A program made the translations under genes and the position numbers. A stretch of DNA of 59,781 nt, filler included, from Sluysia triapertura (Eukaryota): NCBI GenBank assembly GCA_046118255.1. It is 4 parts of 4 records of this genome, joined end to end, with 100 filler letters (N's around TTAATTAATTAA, not from the genome) between each part and the next. Parts side by side here need not be neighbours in the genome. Positions count along the whole stretch, not along the records: positions 1 to 13,045 come from JBJNIA010063526.1; positions 13,146 to 33,539 come from JBJNIA010024397.1; 2 more parts are not named here. One strand, written 5' to 3'. Position 1 is the stretch's first letter. Each line of letters begins with the position of its first letter. This document shows positions 11,535 through 24,900 of this stretch, piece by piece. The notes under the pieces are model-generated. The model ran no database searches, had not been told where the DNA came from, and saw only the letters and a list, made by a program, of their open reading frames with translations.

Positions 11535-12549
11535 CATATGCAAGAAACAGAAGCTTTAAAAGCTGATAAAATACGGGAAATACTTGATACAATCCAACAT
11601 GATATAAACAACTATACAATAAATTGATGATACAAAACAAGAAATAAAAGAATTTGATAATGAGCAATTTGAAAGCAATTTGAAAGCAATTATAAAAGAC
11701 ATATTTATAATCGAAATGATAATTCATCGTAAGTTTTATTCAAAGAATTTTATTTGGATTTCCAAGAAATTTAATTCATGAACAGCATCAATAGAAATAG
11801 TTTCCATTACAACTAGAAGAACATTCAATAATAATTATAGTAACAGCATTAAAAGATACTTCTATTTTTTGGATAAAGCAAATAAGTGAAATAGGTATTA
11901 ATTATTGTAGCATTATACATTTTTACATTCTTTACACCATTACACTACGACTAGGAATATTATGATGAATAAGGAAACATTTTTTGTAACAGCTCATTCT
12001 TTAAACCGACAATTGTTCGTACTGAATGCAAACGGGCCAAACATTCATTGCTTCAAATTTTAATGATACAGAGATTAGTTCACAATTTTGATGTAAATAA
12101 ATATAAGCCTTTAAGATAAGCAACTCAAAGAACATAATAAAAATTATTGGAATGAAAGAAATAAGTGTTAAGAAAAAAGTTAGACAAAAAAGTATGTTAA
12201 GGTAAGCTAAATATTATTCACAAGAAAAACTTACCTCCATAAGTTACTGCTTGATTAATGAATATAGTCGAAAAACGGTAGCTTTAGACCCATTAACTTA
12301 ATTGAATGGAAGCAATTTGATAAGTTTTGTAATTTAATAGAAAATAGGAATATTAAAATATATAAAAACTTAATTAAAAAAGAACGCATATACAGATTTA
12401 TATGCATGTATCTATTTATTTTTTGTAAAAGACACAGGCATGCCAATTTATAAAAAATTGACCAATATAATTATCCTTAATAGTCGGAAAATAATTATTG
12501 TCCGTTTACATTACGTTTACATTAGTGAACTGCATTGATTAACTTTTGT

Positions 12550-12890
12550 TAATTAATTTAATTAAAAATTGTTTAATTTGATAACTTGCTGAAAATGTTT
12601 ACTCATGATAAAATGATATTAGAATTAGTGTAATGATGAATTTTATTAGTGTTACGAAGCACATCGACGAAGATAACGTAAAAATTAGTCATTTTAATTA
12701 GTTTTATAATCTAAAATTAAATTTATATACGTTGTAATGTTTAAGTATAATTAAAGTATATAATTAATGCTCGTAAAGAGACCAATTCCAACATGTTATT
12801 CAAATCGACGTACGGTTGACGCATAGCGTATTATATAAAAGATTTCTATGAAAAATGAATTTAGTATTTCATTATTTGTATCTTTATTTT
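12550..12890 (+). repeat. Dispersed repeat family, copy 2 of 3
   Basis: Colinear similarity to about 8570-8800 and 38960-39240 (CATGATAAAAT..ATTAGAATTAGTGT..GATGAATTTTATT). Confidence 0.8.
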
Positions 12891-13045
12891 TGCTGGGTGT
12901 TTTCCTTAACCTAAAAACCTAACCTACAGCAAAATAATTATTTATTATGAGTCTGTTTACAGCATACAACTTACTAATGGCGTACCTGTAAAATTACGTG
13001 AAAGCAATTATCAAAATTAATCGTACAAAAAGATGCTTCGCCTTA

Positions 13046-13145
13046 NNNNNNNNNNNNNNNNNNNNNNNNNNNNNNNNNNNNNNNNNNNNTTAATTAATTA
13101 ANNNNNNNNNNNNNNNNNNNNNNNNNNNNNNNNNNNNNNNNNNNN
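13046..13145. other. Scaffolding linker (N44-TTAATTAATTAA-N44)
   Basis: Artificial six-frame stop spacer between N runs; recurs identically at 33540-33639 and 45236-45335. Confidence 0.97.
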
Positions 13146-14070
13146 ATATATACATAAGTTTTTGTTGAAAAAATAAAAAACACAATATGTAAAACATTAA
13201 TGAACTGGAACATTTGTTTGGGTCGTTAATTAATGTCAGATAACCACTAACATTTCTTCTAAAATATAAAATAATTAATTATTTATTCCATTTGAAAAAA
13301 AGTTAAATGTTTATGTCTATAAAATATAACTTATACTGAAATAAAAATAATAAATATAAAGGCATTAATTCATTAAAATAACAATAATTCATTAAAAGAC
13401 TAATTTATTCATGAGTTTCAATTTTTTTTATTATTAACTTAATTAATTTGAAGCTATTTAATCATATTTTAATAAATAGATTTCTAAACATTTTTGAGGT
13501 TAATCTTTTTAATATAAGTGATGGTATTATCTACCAAAACTTTCAGTGTTGATTGTTTTCAATAACAAAGTACTATCTATTTTCTTTTTACATCTTTTAA
13601 AGTATATTATTTTCAGCCTTTTTCCTCCAAAGCATAATCAACATTCAATGAAATTTAATTCGTTAATTAAATATATTTGCATTACATATTTTCGTATAAA
13701 ATAATGAAGAAACAAAAAATTCTCAATAAATTTAAATTGTACTTTTTAATTTTTGTAGAAGAAAATCTAAAAATTTAATTTCAAAAAAATTTATTCAAGA
13801 CAAAATAATAATGTCGAATAATGTCTTTTTTATTACTTGATAATTACTGCCTTTTTTATAATTATTTCTTTTCGATTATTATAAAATTTTATTAGGAATG
13901 TAATGCTTTGACGTTACATTAGAAATACCTATGAATTATCATAATTATCATGAACATTTTATCTTTCAAATATGATGGCTAACTTTTATTCCTGTTAGGT
14001 TGTTATCACAATCCTTAAATAATATGTATTTTTCAAAAATAAAATAAAATTTCGATAAAAGAAAATTCGC

Positions 14071-14140
14071 TTCTAGAAGCTTTTAGAATGTTTTAGAACA
14101 TTCTATAAACTAGCACGAGCTTTGTGAAAATCGCCATTTT
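14071..14140 (+). promoter_or_regulatory. Promoter-like cassette: phased heat-shock element array, TATA box and YY1-like motif
   Basis: TTC-ta-GAA-gc-TTT-ta-GAA-tg-TTT-ta-GAA-ca-TTC gives 7 phased units. TATAAA follows at 14104 and AAAATCGCCATTTT at about 14127. Confidence 0.55.
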
Positions 14141-17100
14141 GTTCTTTATTTTATTTATTTTTAGGTTGCAAATTTTTGGTTTATCTATCGACAATTAAAC
14201 AATTAACAATCAATATGGGTGGCAAATATGCGCTTTCGTTTCCACGTTTATCATAAGTTATTTTTATTAAGCTGATACTAATTGCGGAAATTTTATTTTT
14301 AAAGTTATAGTAAGTTTGCTGTGTTTTCTTATTTTTTAATCTGTGGTAACTATTACTAAGTAAATCTTAACGTGAAATTTTAATATAAAATAACTAAGAG
14401 TCGTTAATCACTGCTTCAATAATTAGATTTTCTATAACTTTGAAGGGTCTTATGCTTAGAAATTTAAATTTATAATTCTAACCAATCTGATTCTCAATAT
14501 GCTTCGAATTATTTAAATTTATAAATTAAATTCAAAATCAAAATCTTATATTATTCTCTTGTTAAATTTTTTATAATTTAATTTTATAATAAATATTTCA
14601 GAAATTATTTTATCCGTCAATAAATTAGGGATCAAAATTAAATTAACAAAAATTATTTTTCGTTGATTTTATAATTTTAACTCAAAGAGTTAAAATTACC
14701 TTAACGGAAATAACTTATCAAGAACGTGGAATCAAAAGTCTACTATTTAATCAAATTAATTCAATGTGCGAATATAATGCAGAGAAGCATTTCAAATGCA
14801 AATCAGTGGTTCTTTTTTGACTCTTTAATAAATATTTTTAACTATTACTTATGCGTTTTTTATGATTCAGCTGCAGAAATATGTATTAGTCAGCAGCCAA
14901 TCATAACATTCAAGAAAATATTTGTCTCTTTTGGGAAATTATTTCTTTTTTAGAAAAAAATTTTCTTTTATCGAAAATTAACATTATTTTTGTATTTTTA
15001 AGAGTTTAAAGTGTTGTAATGAGAATCTAACACTATCTTGTACGATTTAATCATCGTATGCAAGTAAATTACAACAATAAAAATTTATTATTATGTACAA
15101 AAACTGTGACAAATTATACTTAAAGAGTAACTACAGAACTTATGAATTTAAACTTATGAATGAAATTAACTATAAAAAAATTATAATATAATTATATTAT
15201 AATTAAAATACTGTGGAGATTCAGGGTAATTAAAGATAGATATTTGATTTAAGTTAGATGCCTTATTCTTATGATACTGGACTTACTCACTGAAGGGCCA
15301 GCACTTAGATTTGCAGCTTAAGAAAAATAAGACTGAAGATATATTTATTCTTAATTCGATGTATTGTTAAATTCTAGATGTTTTCTTAATCTTTTATGAT
15401 TTAAAGAATAAATGGAGTATTATTATGATTCGAAGGATGCAGAATATTAATTTCAATTATTATTTTATTTTCCAAAAAATTATCAAAATGTTAAATGTTT
15501 ACTAATATACAAGTTCTAAAAAGGACATAAGGAACGTTATTTGCAATGAATTTCTTAAAATTATAAAGCAAAATATAACTCCGGAGGCGAGTTATTAGGC
15601 GGTCTATTAGGCTTTTAAGAAGTAATAAAATCTGACTTAGTTAGGTGAATAATTATCAAAAATTAAATGTATTTTAGAAGATTTTGTGTTAGTCTTCTTA
15701 CGGTCTAACTTTAATAAATAAGATTTTAAATTAGCCTTTTACAGTCTAATTTAGAAAGCTTTATATGGTATTTTACGATTTCTAGCTAGTCTTATTACGA
15801 TCTATCGATGATAATTGATTTTAAGTTTTTAATAAATAACTCAAAACTTCCTATAAGGTATATTATTGAAACGACAAATTTCAAATGACAAGAATAAGTA
15901 ATATAGCACACTATAATAATATTCAATTTAATGCTTAAATCTTAATGATTTAGTATAAATAATTTTAAATAAAGGTTAACTTAACCTGTTACGGTTTAAG
16001 TATAAAATAAATTATTAATTTTATTTCTCCCAGTTACGGTTAAAAGATCAAACTTAACAATAAAACCTTATTTTATACATGGAATTTCAAGACCAAATGT
16101 TAATGAAGATTAGATGGTTTTCAGTTTTCTGACTTGCATGAATTCCGTTAAAGTTTTTATACAGAATTCGCAGTTGCCATATTGCTTACTTTCATTTAAA
16201 CAAAAATACTTTATTCAAACAAAATAAGATTTTAATCTATTTTAAATAATTTAATTTTATTAAATGTAAAAAATCTAAATGGTTTATCTGATTTGTTCAA
16301 TCTATTAAATTTTAAAGATTAATTTTTTATTTTTTCAATATAATAAAAATAAATAATTTAATAAAAATGAATAAGTACAATTTACATTAATTTACAATTT
16401 ATGTCAATATTAAAATAAATATAATATAATGAATGTAATTTAATTCAAAATATCAAACAAATGTAAATCAAATAGATGTAAATAATAAAACAAATGTTAA
16501 GTTAATATCATCGTTTGCAGCCACCGACTACCACCATCCTCATATATTTATTAATATAAACACAAAAATGAATAATATCAGTTTAATTATATACTTAAAA
16601 AAATGTAAAATCAAACTTATATAGGAATAAAAATTTCAACTGTCAAGCGCGTTTATGTAATATCAAATATACAAAGTTATCTTAAATAAGAATATCACAC
16701 AGAATACTAAAGATTAATTTACACAATATTTAATAATATTAACTTTATAATTAATATTAAACTATCGTAATTTATAACACAAAATTTATTTTGTAAATAA
16801 ATATTACTAAGTTATAATTTAAAGTTAAATGTAGTTTATGCAATTAATTTAATTTTTTCTTAAAATGATCAGAAGACTAACAATTAGTTAAGGTAAATTA
16901 TTAAATTGAATTTCCAGAGATTAAATTGATAAATAAAATACATCTTCAAATAAAATATATCTTCCAACGTATAAACAATTTAATTTTCTCTTCCAAATGT
17001 AACCAATACAACAAATATAAACTATAGTTTTTTTATTCTGAATAAAATATAGTTTTCTCCAATAGTAAAATATATCTTCTTAAAGTAGAAATATAATTTT

Positions 17101-19096
17101 CGTTCAAACATAAACTAAAATTTTAATATACTTGTAAATTATTCAAAATTTCAACATTAAATACTTTTTGATATAGAACAAAGTACAGGTTCATGAATAA
17201 TTAAAAATGAAAATGTCCCAATCAGACATAAATGACGATAAATCTCACATAGTAAAACTTTGAAAACACAATTACAGAATAATAAACACCACGATTCTTG
17301 ATAAAACCATATAAAATATTTTATACTTGATAATGTGTGCACTTTGTAGTTATCTTAATAATACATTATTTATGTCTTTATTTATGTTTAAACAATTCAA
17401 TAGTTATTGGTCGAAGCTAAAATGAAAATTATAAGCATAAATTAGTTTAATCTAAAAATAGATTGTATATTAATATTAATAATAATAATGATGATGAAAA
17501 CAATAATAAAAATGACAATAATAATATTACTGATAATAATAATGTTAATAATGATAATAATAATAATGATTGCTTAAATTGTAACATAATGTTCAATTTT
17601 AATCTAAGATTATTTTTCGAAATAAAATTAATAATAAAAATTTAGTAATAAATAATTTATACATAAATAATAATGTTTTAATTTAAAATAATTAATTTAT
17701 ACATAAAAATAATAACTTTTTACTTTATATAATTATTAAAATAATGACTCTACAGGTTTATCTGAACAACCTACAAACATCAAACTCTTATAATCACATA
17801 ATAACTTCTTTTAACAATTCGGTTTAAGAAAGGTTCAGTATCAATCTTAATAAGTTACAAAAGAAATTCTTCTGTCTTGTCAAATTATGTGGAGCACAAA
17901 TGTCTCATTTAATATCTTTCAAGTATCATAGCTATTTCTTTTCTTTCAGGTCTTCAATTTTATTCAACAATGAGTTCTGATCATCACTTTAAAGTTAGAA
18001 AGGATATCCGGATTAAGTCTACCATGTAAATCTAGTTTTCCAATCTAAAGCTTTAAGGTTTTAAGGTTTACAGAACATACATACATATGTTTTGGAACCC
18101 ATAAAACATATCACAATATATAATAATAATGATAATAATAATATTTTAAAATTTAAATATATTTTTAAATAATATTTTGTCAATTTGAAATGTAAAATTT
18201 CCTTTAAATTTTATACAAATTTTTGATTTAAGTTATTAAAGTTATTTTATTATTAATTAAAAATTAATATAAAATCGTATAACGATTTATTTTATATGAG
18301 ACACTTTTTATATTCCATTTTGTGAATAATTTTAAAAACTTTTTACACATTGTTTTATTAAAACAATACATCTTTTATTTTAATTATCTTTTCACAGAAT
18401 ATTATAATACTATTCTTTAATTAATTTTATGTCAGTTTATAAATAAAATTAATTAATAATCATTTTATCAATGTAAAAGTTTAATAATTGCAAATAAAAA
18501 GTTATGATAGTCAAAAATTAATGCATTTATGTAATATTTTAATTTAATATATTAATTTAATTTATTATTTTATAAAATTAATATTATAACAAAAATAAAA
18601 ATTAAATACATAAAATATAAAATAAAAATATAAAAAAATAAATATCAAAAAGTATCTTATTAAAAGATGGATTAGTTTTAGTCAACGTTGTGAATTTTAG
18701 AAATAAGACGCAAATGTGTGATTCTGGAACATATAAATATTAATGTTTGTTAATGATTTAACACTTTAGCTAATGTCACATTCAAATATCACAAGAAATC
18801 TGTGAATGAAATTGGATTATGATAAATAATGCATAAAAATAAATTGCAATTGCAACTACCATTATAAATGAATAAACAATAATATAAAATACATAAATAA
18901 CAAATATAGTTCGTTAATAATACAAAAAGAATAAAATTCGGTTAATTAGTCATCGACTATGAAAATTGATTAAAGTACCGTATTTACAACTTTGTAAAAC
19001 CATCAAAATTCATAATAGAAATCACTTAAAATTGTTAATTTCCATAAAAGAAATTAATTTTCTCAAAAAGAAAACGTATTACTAAAAATAGAAATA

Positions 19097-19172
19097 GAAG
19101 TTTCTAGTGTGTTCTAGAACATTCTAGAATTCTACTCGCTTATGATTGACTTCTGGCTAATGTATAGAAATT
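19097..19172 (+). promoter_or_regulatory. Second phased heat-shock element array with a TATA-like motif
   Basis: GAA-gt-TTC-ta-GTG-tg-TTC-ta-GAA-ca-TTC-ta-GAA, followed by TATAGAAA about 35 nt downstream. Confidence 0.5.
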
Positions 19173-19589
19173 TAGCCGAATCATAAAGCAATCATTATTT
19201 TCATTTGTAAAAAGATTCGTCGTTTTGTTTTTAAAATGTTTAACAAGATTTGTCATTATTTACAAAATACGAATAATGCTGTTTGTTTGGTAACTTTTTA
19301 TCTTGGTTCAAATTCTGCAATTCATTTTAGTCAAGTTATTCTTGCTGCTGAACATGGAGAATATTAATCAATTTTGTTTCAATTTCCGTGATACTGTTTA
19401 TTGTTCTTTGTATGGTTGTTTTTACTTTGCTCGAAAAAATAAAAATAAAATCTACTTAAAATGGTTTTAGTTTATATTTTTATACCCCAAGGTAATAAGG
19501 GGAATAATTTTACAATTAAAATCAGTTAGATTAGTTAAATATCGAAAAGATTTTAACTGTAAATTATATATGTATTTGTCTTATCTTTT

Positions 19590-19975
19590 TAGTATTGAAT
19601 GTTGTAATTTTTATTGAATTTTTATGTTTAATGAATGATTTTTATTTAATTTATTATAATTGTTAAATTATTTTTGGTTTTTAAATTATTATTATAATTT
19701 TGAAATTATTATTTTTAAAATATTTTTTTATTGAAATTTTGTTTTAAATATTGAATTTAAATATTTTGTTTAATTTAAAAATAGAGTTAAACATTAAATT
19801 TAAAATAGAATATTACACAATTGGTTAAAAATACTATAAATAGATTTAAATCAATCGAAGATACAATAATAAAATAAATACTGATTAAATTCGAATTCAA
19901 TTTATTAGAAAATCTGAAAGATTGTTATTAGAAATTTATTATTCAAAAGACGACATTTTGAGAGATTTTTTAATA
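19590..19975. repeat. Left arm of a long inverted repeat
   Basis: Reverse complement of about 21480-21903 (e.g. AATAGAATATTACACAATTGGTTAAAAATA / TATTTTTAACCAATTGTGTAATATTCTATT). Confidence 0.9.
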
Positions 19976-20336
19976 GGCATACGAATTCGTGAACCGTTTC
20001 ATTAGCTTTTTGAGTGTCTTAAATTTAACATTTTGTTGTAATATTTTCCCATGTCATTGAGGCCAATCTCCTCGGTAAATGCATTAACAAAAGAATTTGA
20101 AGTTGCTTTATCTTGTTCATTTATGTCTTTATAAATCTCAATCGCCACACCGGTAAGGAAATTTTTTATTAGTTTAACTTTTCTATTTCGTTCCACCCGA
20201 TACTATCGTATTCACATAAGAAGTCGCAGAGTTCTTCTGCTCCAATAAATTTGCGCATTTCTGGTAAGGCCATTAAAGGACGCATTTCTCTTGCTAATTG
20301 TGAAATACAATCGCTAAAATCATTTGGCAAAGCCAT
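19950..20336 (-). mobile_element. Ty3/Gypsy gag N-terminal part, decayed
   Basis: MALPNDFSDCISQLAREMRPLMALPEMRKFIGAEELCDFLCEYDSIGWNEIEK, a frameshift, then VKLIKNFLTGVAIEIYKDI...MLNLRHSKS*..ETVHEF. This has the GW..K....L.G.A..Y retrotransposon gag pattern. Confidence 0.8.
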
Positions 20337-20802
20337 GTAGTTTCTTAATTTAGTTTATAATCGTGATTTTATAATCGTGAAAGGATACAATTTGTTTATC
20401 AATTTTATTCAAATCTTACTATTCTTATCAATTTCGGATTTAATAATATTAATTATTCTTTAAATCTCATAAAACTCGTAAATTAATTCGTATTAATTGA
20501 GTAATCACTTATAAAATCAATTACTCAAAAATTATTCATTAATAAAAACTTATTCAACAGGGTTATTATAAAACTTGTAATCTTTAGCTTATATATTCGT
20601 ATATAAAACTTATTCAAAAATGACTTATTTGACATAAGGAACAATATTTATTTATAGATAAAACTTATTGAATAATCGCTTTAAAACTTATAGTAATTTA
20701 TACTTAGGTTACTTTTGCTTATAATAATCAAAACTTAATAGGGTTATGTATAGTTTACTTTCTTATTCAAATATATTTTTATTTTAAGTTAATGTATGCT
20801 TA

Positions 20803-21150
20803 TGCTGCTAGGCACCAGTTATAATATGTGAAAGTTTCTTAGCTAAAAGTTATTAAAACTGAGTTATAATATGTGAAAATTTGCAATAGATATAATATGT
20901 AGAAAATTAGATTATATTTCATTGGTTATATAGACATTATTTTATTTGATTTTATTTTCTTTTATTATTGCTAATTTATATATTTTAAAGTGAGTTTTCT
21001 ATGATACTGGACTTACTCACTAAAGGGCAAGCACATAGATTTTGCAAAGTGAAAAGTGTTTGAAGAAATGTGGAGGTTAATTTTATGCTTAGTTAAGTTG
21101 TAGATCTTTTATGCTTAATATGTTAATTTTTATAAGATATTATGTTTATA
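20803..21150 (-). mobile_element. Putative primer-binding site and 3' part of the 5' LTR upstream of gag
   Basis: The minus strand reads ...CATATTATAAC TGGTGCCTAGCAG (TGG start typical of a PBS), about 480 nt upstream of the gag ATG. A related segment at about 15265-15400 suggests an LTR family. Confidence 0.5.
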
Positions 21151-21479
21151 TAACAAAAAATAATAAACAAATCTCTTTTTAATATATTAAAAAAGAACAA
21201 ATCAGGATAACTATATTATAATCGATGTTTTACAAAAACAAAAAATGGAATATCTATAACATATATAAGATAATCGGCATTTTGTGATATCTATTAAAAA
21301 GGAATGGAATAATTATATTATAATCGATATTGAAATAAACCAAAATTTGGTTGTTAAAAGATTATTATATTAAAAGATTTTCAAAATTATATATTATTTT
21401 ATGTATAATTAAATTATTAGTAACTTTTAAATGAACTAATGTAACTTTTACTTATGTAAATTAAAATTCTTCTTTATGT

Positions 21480-21903
21480 TATCAAAAAAACTCTCTCAAT
21501 ATGTCTTCTTTTGAATAATAAATTTTTAAAAATAATCTTTCAGATTTGCTAATAAATCGAATTTAATTAACTAATAAATTTCTAAAAAACAATCTTTCAG
21601 ATTTGCTAATAAATCAAATTCGAATTTAATCAGTATTTATTTTATTATTGCAGCTTCGATTGATTTAAGTCTATTTATAATATTTTTAACCAATTGTGTA
21701 ATATTCTATTTTAAATTTAATGTTTAACTCTATTTTTAAATTAAACAAAATATTTAAATTCAATATTTAAAACAAAATTTCCATAAAAAATATTTTAAAA
21801 TAATAATTTCAAAACCAAAAATAATTTAACAATTATAATAAATTATATAAAAATCATTCGTTGCACATAAAAATGCATATAAAAATTAAAACGATCAGTA
21901 TTA
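21480..21903. repeat. Right arm of the long inverted repeat, with an internal short tandem duplication
   Basis: Reverse complement of 19590-19975. AATCTTTCAGATTTGCTAATAAATC occurs twice (about 21534 and 21591). Confidence 0.9.
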
Positions 21904-24900
21904 AAGCATCGAAAACTTTGTTTAATATATTTTGTTTTATATCAACTGAAATTATATTGATTTAGAATTTTAAAGACCCACTTAATGGAACTTTCATAAA
22001 CAAATAGAAAATACTTTAAACTAAACATATATTTTATGTAGAGTTACAGGAACGCCCACTCTATGTCATAAGTTGTTTACTGTACGTGAAACCTTCTAAA
22101 TTTTATTTTGTAGTATGTTACGTGTTAAGAAAACCACAGCAATTCATTATCATAAAACGTATTTTTGTCATGTCATTTTCAAGAAAATCAAATACATGTT
22201 AGGTTACATTACCATAATAACTATTTATGGAAAATTTACGTTGTTTCTACTTCAAAAGTGATTAATTACGTATTAGTAGGTAATGTGTCTCATTAAGAGT
22301 TGTCTTAGTAATAATAACAGTCATTTTTTGATACGATATAAAAAATATAATCAATTAAGTAGACTTTACTATAACAGAAAAATAATACGACTAAAAGGAG
22401 ATAATTTATTCTGAATTTTGATTCGTCAATATCATTTATGAAAATACAATTTCTAAAAATAATAGAAACAATATTGATTATTATAATGGTAAAATAATTG
22501 ATTGATATAAATTTAAAAATGATAAATTCCCAGAGATGGCGTTGCTTCTGTTGAGTTTTCGAAGGAATACCAATAGTATGTTGCATAATGTCAATAAAAC
22601 AGTTCTCATAATATATTAAACGAGTATAAATCAGAATAGCACTATTTATATAACAAAAAAGGAATTTTTTAAAACGATATAAACTTAATAAAAATATCTT
22701 ACTTTCTTTTTTAAATTATATTAATATAAATATTTAAATTTTTATGTGAAACTTTTATTATCATTTTTTCATGGATAAGAAAATTATTATTATTATTGTT
22801 GTCATTATCATTAAACATTAATAATGAGAGCTTTTTAAAATTGTTACGTTATGTATAATGTTTCTTTAAAAATAATGAAATAAATAAATGAATTATTAAA
22901 ATATTCTTACTAAAACATTAAAATGATTAATAAAAATAATTAAATCAATATTGATGATAAATAAATCGATTGTTTATAAAAACTAAAAAAGCAAATTTAC
23001 TTTTAACAATTTTTTCTTAACATAGTAAAATATTTTAAAGATTTTTTGTTTATTTTCATAATACTAAGCATATATAAAATGCTTTTAAAACTCAATGCTC
23101 GTTTTATAAAATAATGAATAATTTTAGTCTAATGTTTGTTCAAAAAAAGAATGTTATCATAAATTGTTAAATTCATATTCCTACATTAGCTGTTTAACAA
23201 TTAGTATAATTTCATAAGTTGTACATCTCCTTTCTAATTTTATCGATATGAAATTTGTAATTTAAAGTGTATATTTATTTATATTTATTTTAGTGATTAT
23301 TTTGGTGGATCAAAATTACAGTTACATATTGTTAATATTAGAAATATTTAATTATTTATTATTATTATCATTTAATTCAAAAGTTATATACAATAATTAT
23401 AACGCATTGAATCAAGATTTATCTAAATCAATCATTATAGTAATTAATTAATTGATTCTTGTTTTTACCATCTATGATAATATTAAAAATAACATTTGTT
23501 ATTCGTTTAGTATTCAGTCCAGATAAAAATGTTTTATCTCTTACTGCATTACGTAGATATGTTACAAAATTATTATCTTAACAATAATAAACTATTTGTA
23601 GGTTTTATTGATGACAAATAGAAAATATTATTTATATAGTTGTAATTAAATTATTTTCGTGTTTATTTGATCTTTAATTGTTAAACTGTTACAGTAAAAT
23701 ATACAATCAATCAATTAGGTGTTTCTAAAAGCGACTAATTATGTAATAATTTATCTTTAATTTTATTTCAATTGTTTCTGACCTTTTTGTAATTAAATGC
23801 AACTTTTTAAAATTATGTACTAATTGTACACATCTGTCGCTCGATTTGCAAGGAAGATAAATTCTTTCAAAAGAATGTAATTAGAAAATAAAAGTAAATT
23901 CTACATATATGTATTCTGAAAAAGATAAAAATAGCTGCTATTCGTAATATAACAAAGTTATATTTATTGTGGTGAATTCAATCCCGAAACAACAATTTAA
24001 ACATACGAAGAATTTAAGGACATTCAAAATATAAGTAAAACATATTTGGCGGCCCAGCCCACATCTACCTACACATCACATAAATCATCTACATAAACCT
24101 CAACACAAAAAATTTTACACATATCATTCACAACATTACACTACATATCATTATCAAATAACAAATTTCTTTTATCAACATTTTTTAATCAAAATATTGA
24201 ACTCAATGTTCATTGTCATTTTTATTATCGTTATGACACACTATCCTTTTTCTATTGTCTCCCAATATTTTATTTTTTATTTTTTGTTGCGATTTATCTG
24301 CTAAAGCATCTTCTAGTTTAATACATGAATCATTGGCTAATATTTCCTATTCAGTATGAGCAACAATTCTAGTTGTAGTAACCTCTCACCATCTACATCA
24401 TAACTATATTATTTTAAAATACTTTGCCGTATTTTTGTTTAGAGTATTTATGTATTTATGTATCCTTATTTATTCTGAAATTAAATCGAATAGCGGTAGT
24501 AGCGGTTGTGGTTTGATTGTGGTGTCTTTTTTATACAGAATTATTGCAAATGTTTTATACATCGTATAATATTCTAAATCTAAGATTTATACAGTACCTT
24601 CATAAAGACGTTTCAAGCAACTTCTTTCTTAAATGATCTTTCGTCGATGTTTACGTAAAAAATAAATAGTATTAGCATATTTCGAAAAAGAGATGAAGTT
24701 TCTACAATTTATTTTCAATGAAAATGATTAAAAAAATCATAATAATAATAGTAGTAGTAATAATAATAATAATAATAAATTTTAAAAATTCTTGAAATAT
24801 TTTATTTCTGATGCAGTAGTAAATTTTCAAAATGATGATTTACTATGTAAAGTCAAATAGTGGCATTAACATTTGTATAGTACTGATTCGTTTTAGGATT

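Noticed and set aside
13090-13101. Palindromic TTAATTAATTAA recurring three times
   Set aside because: It is always centred in N runs totalling 100 nt, so it is an artificial scaffold spacer.
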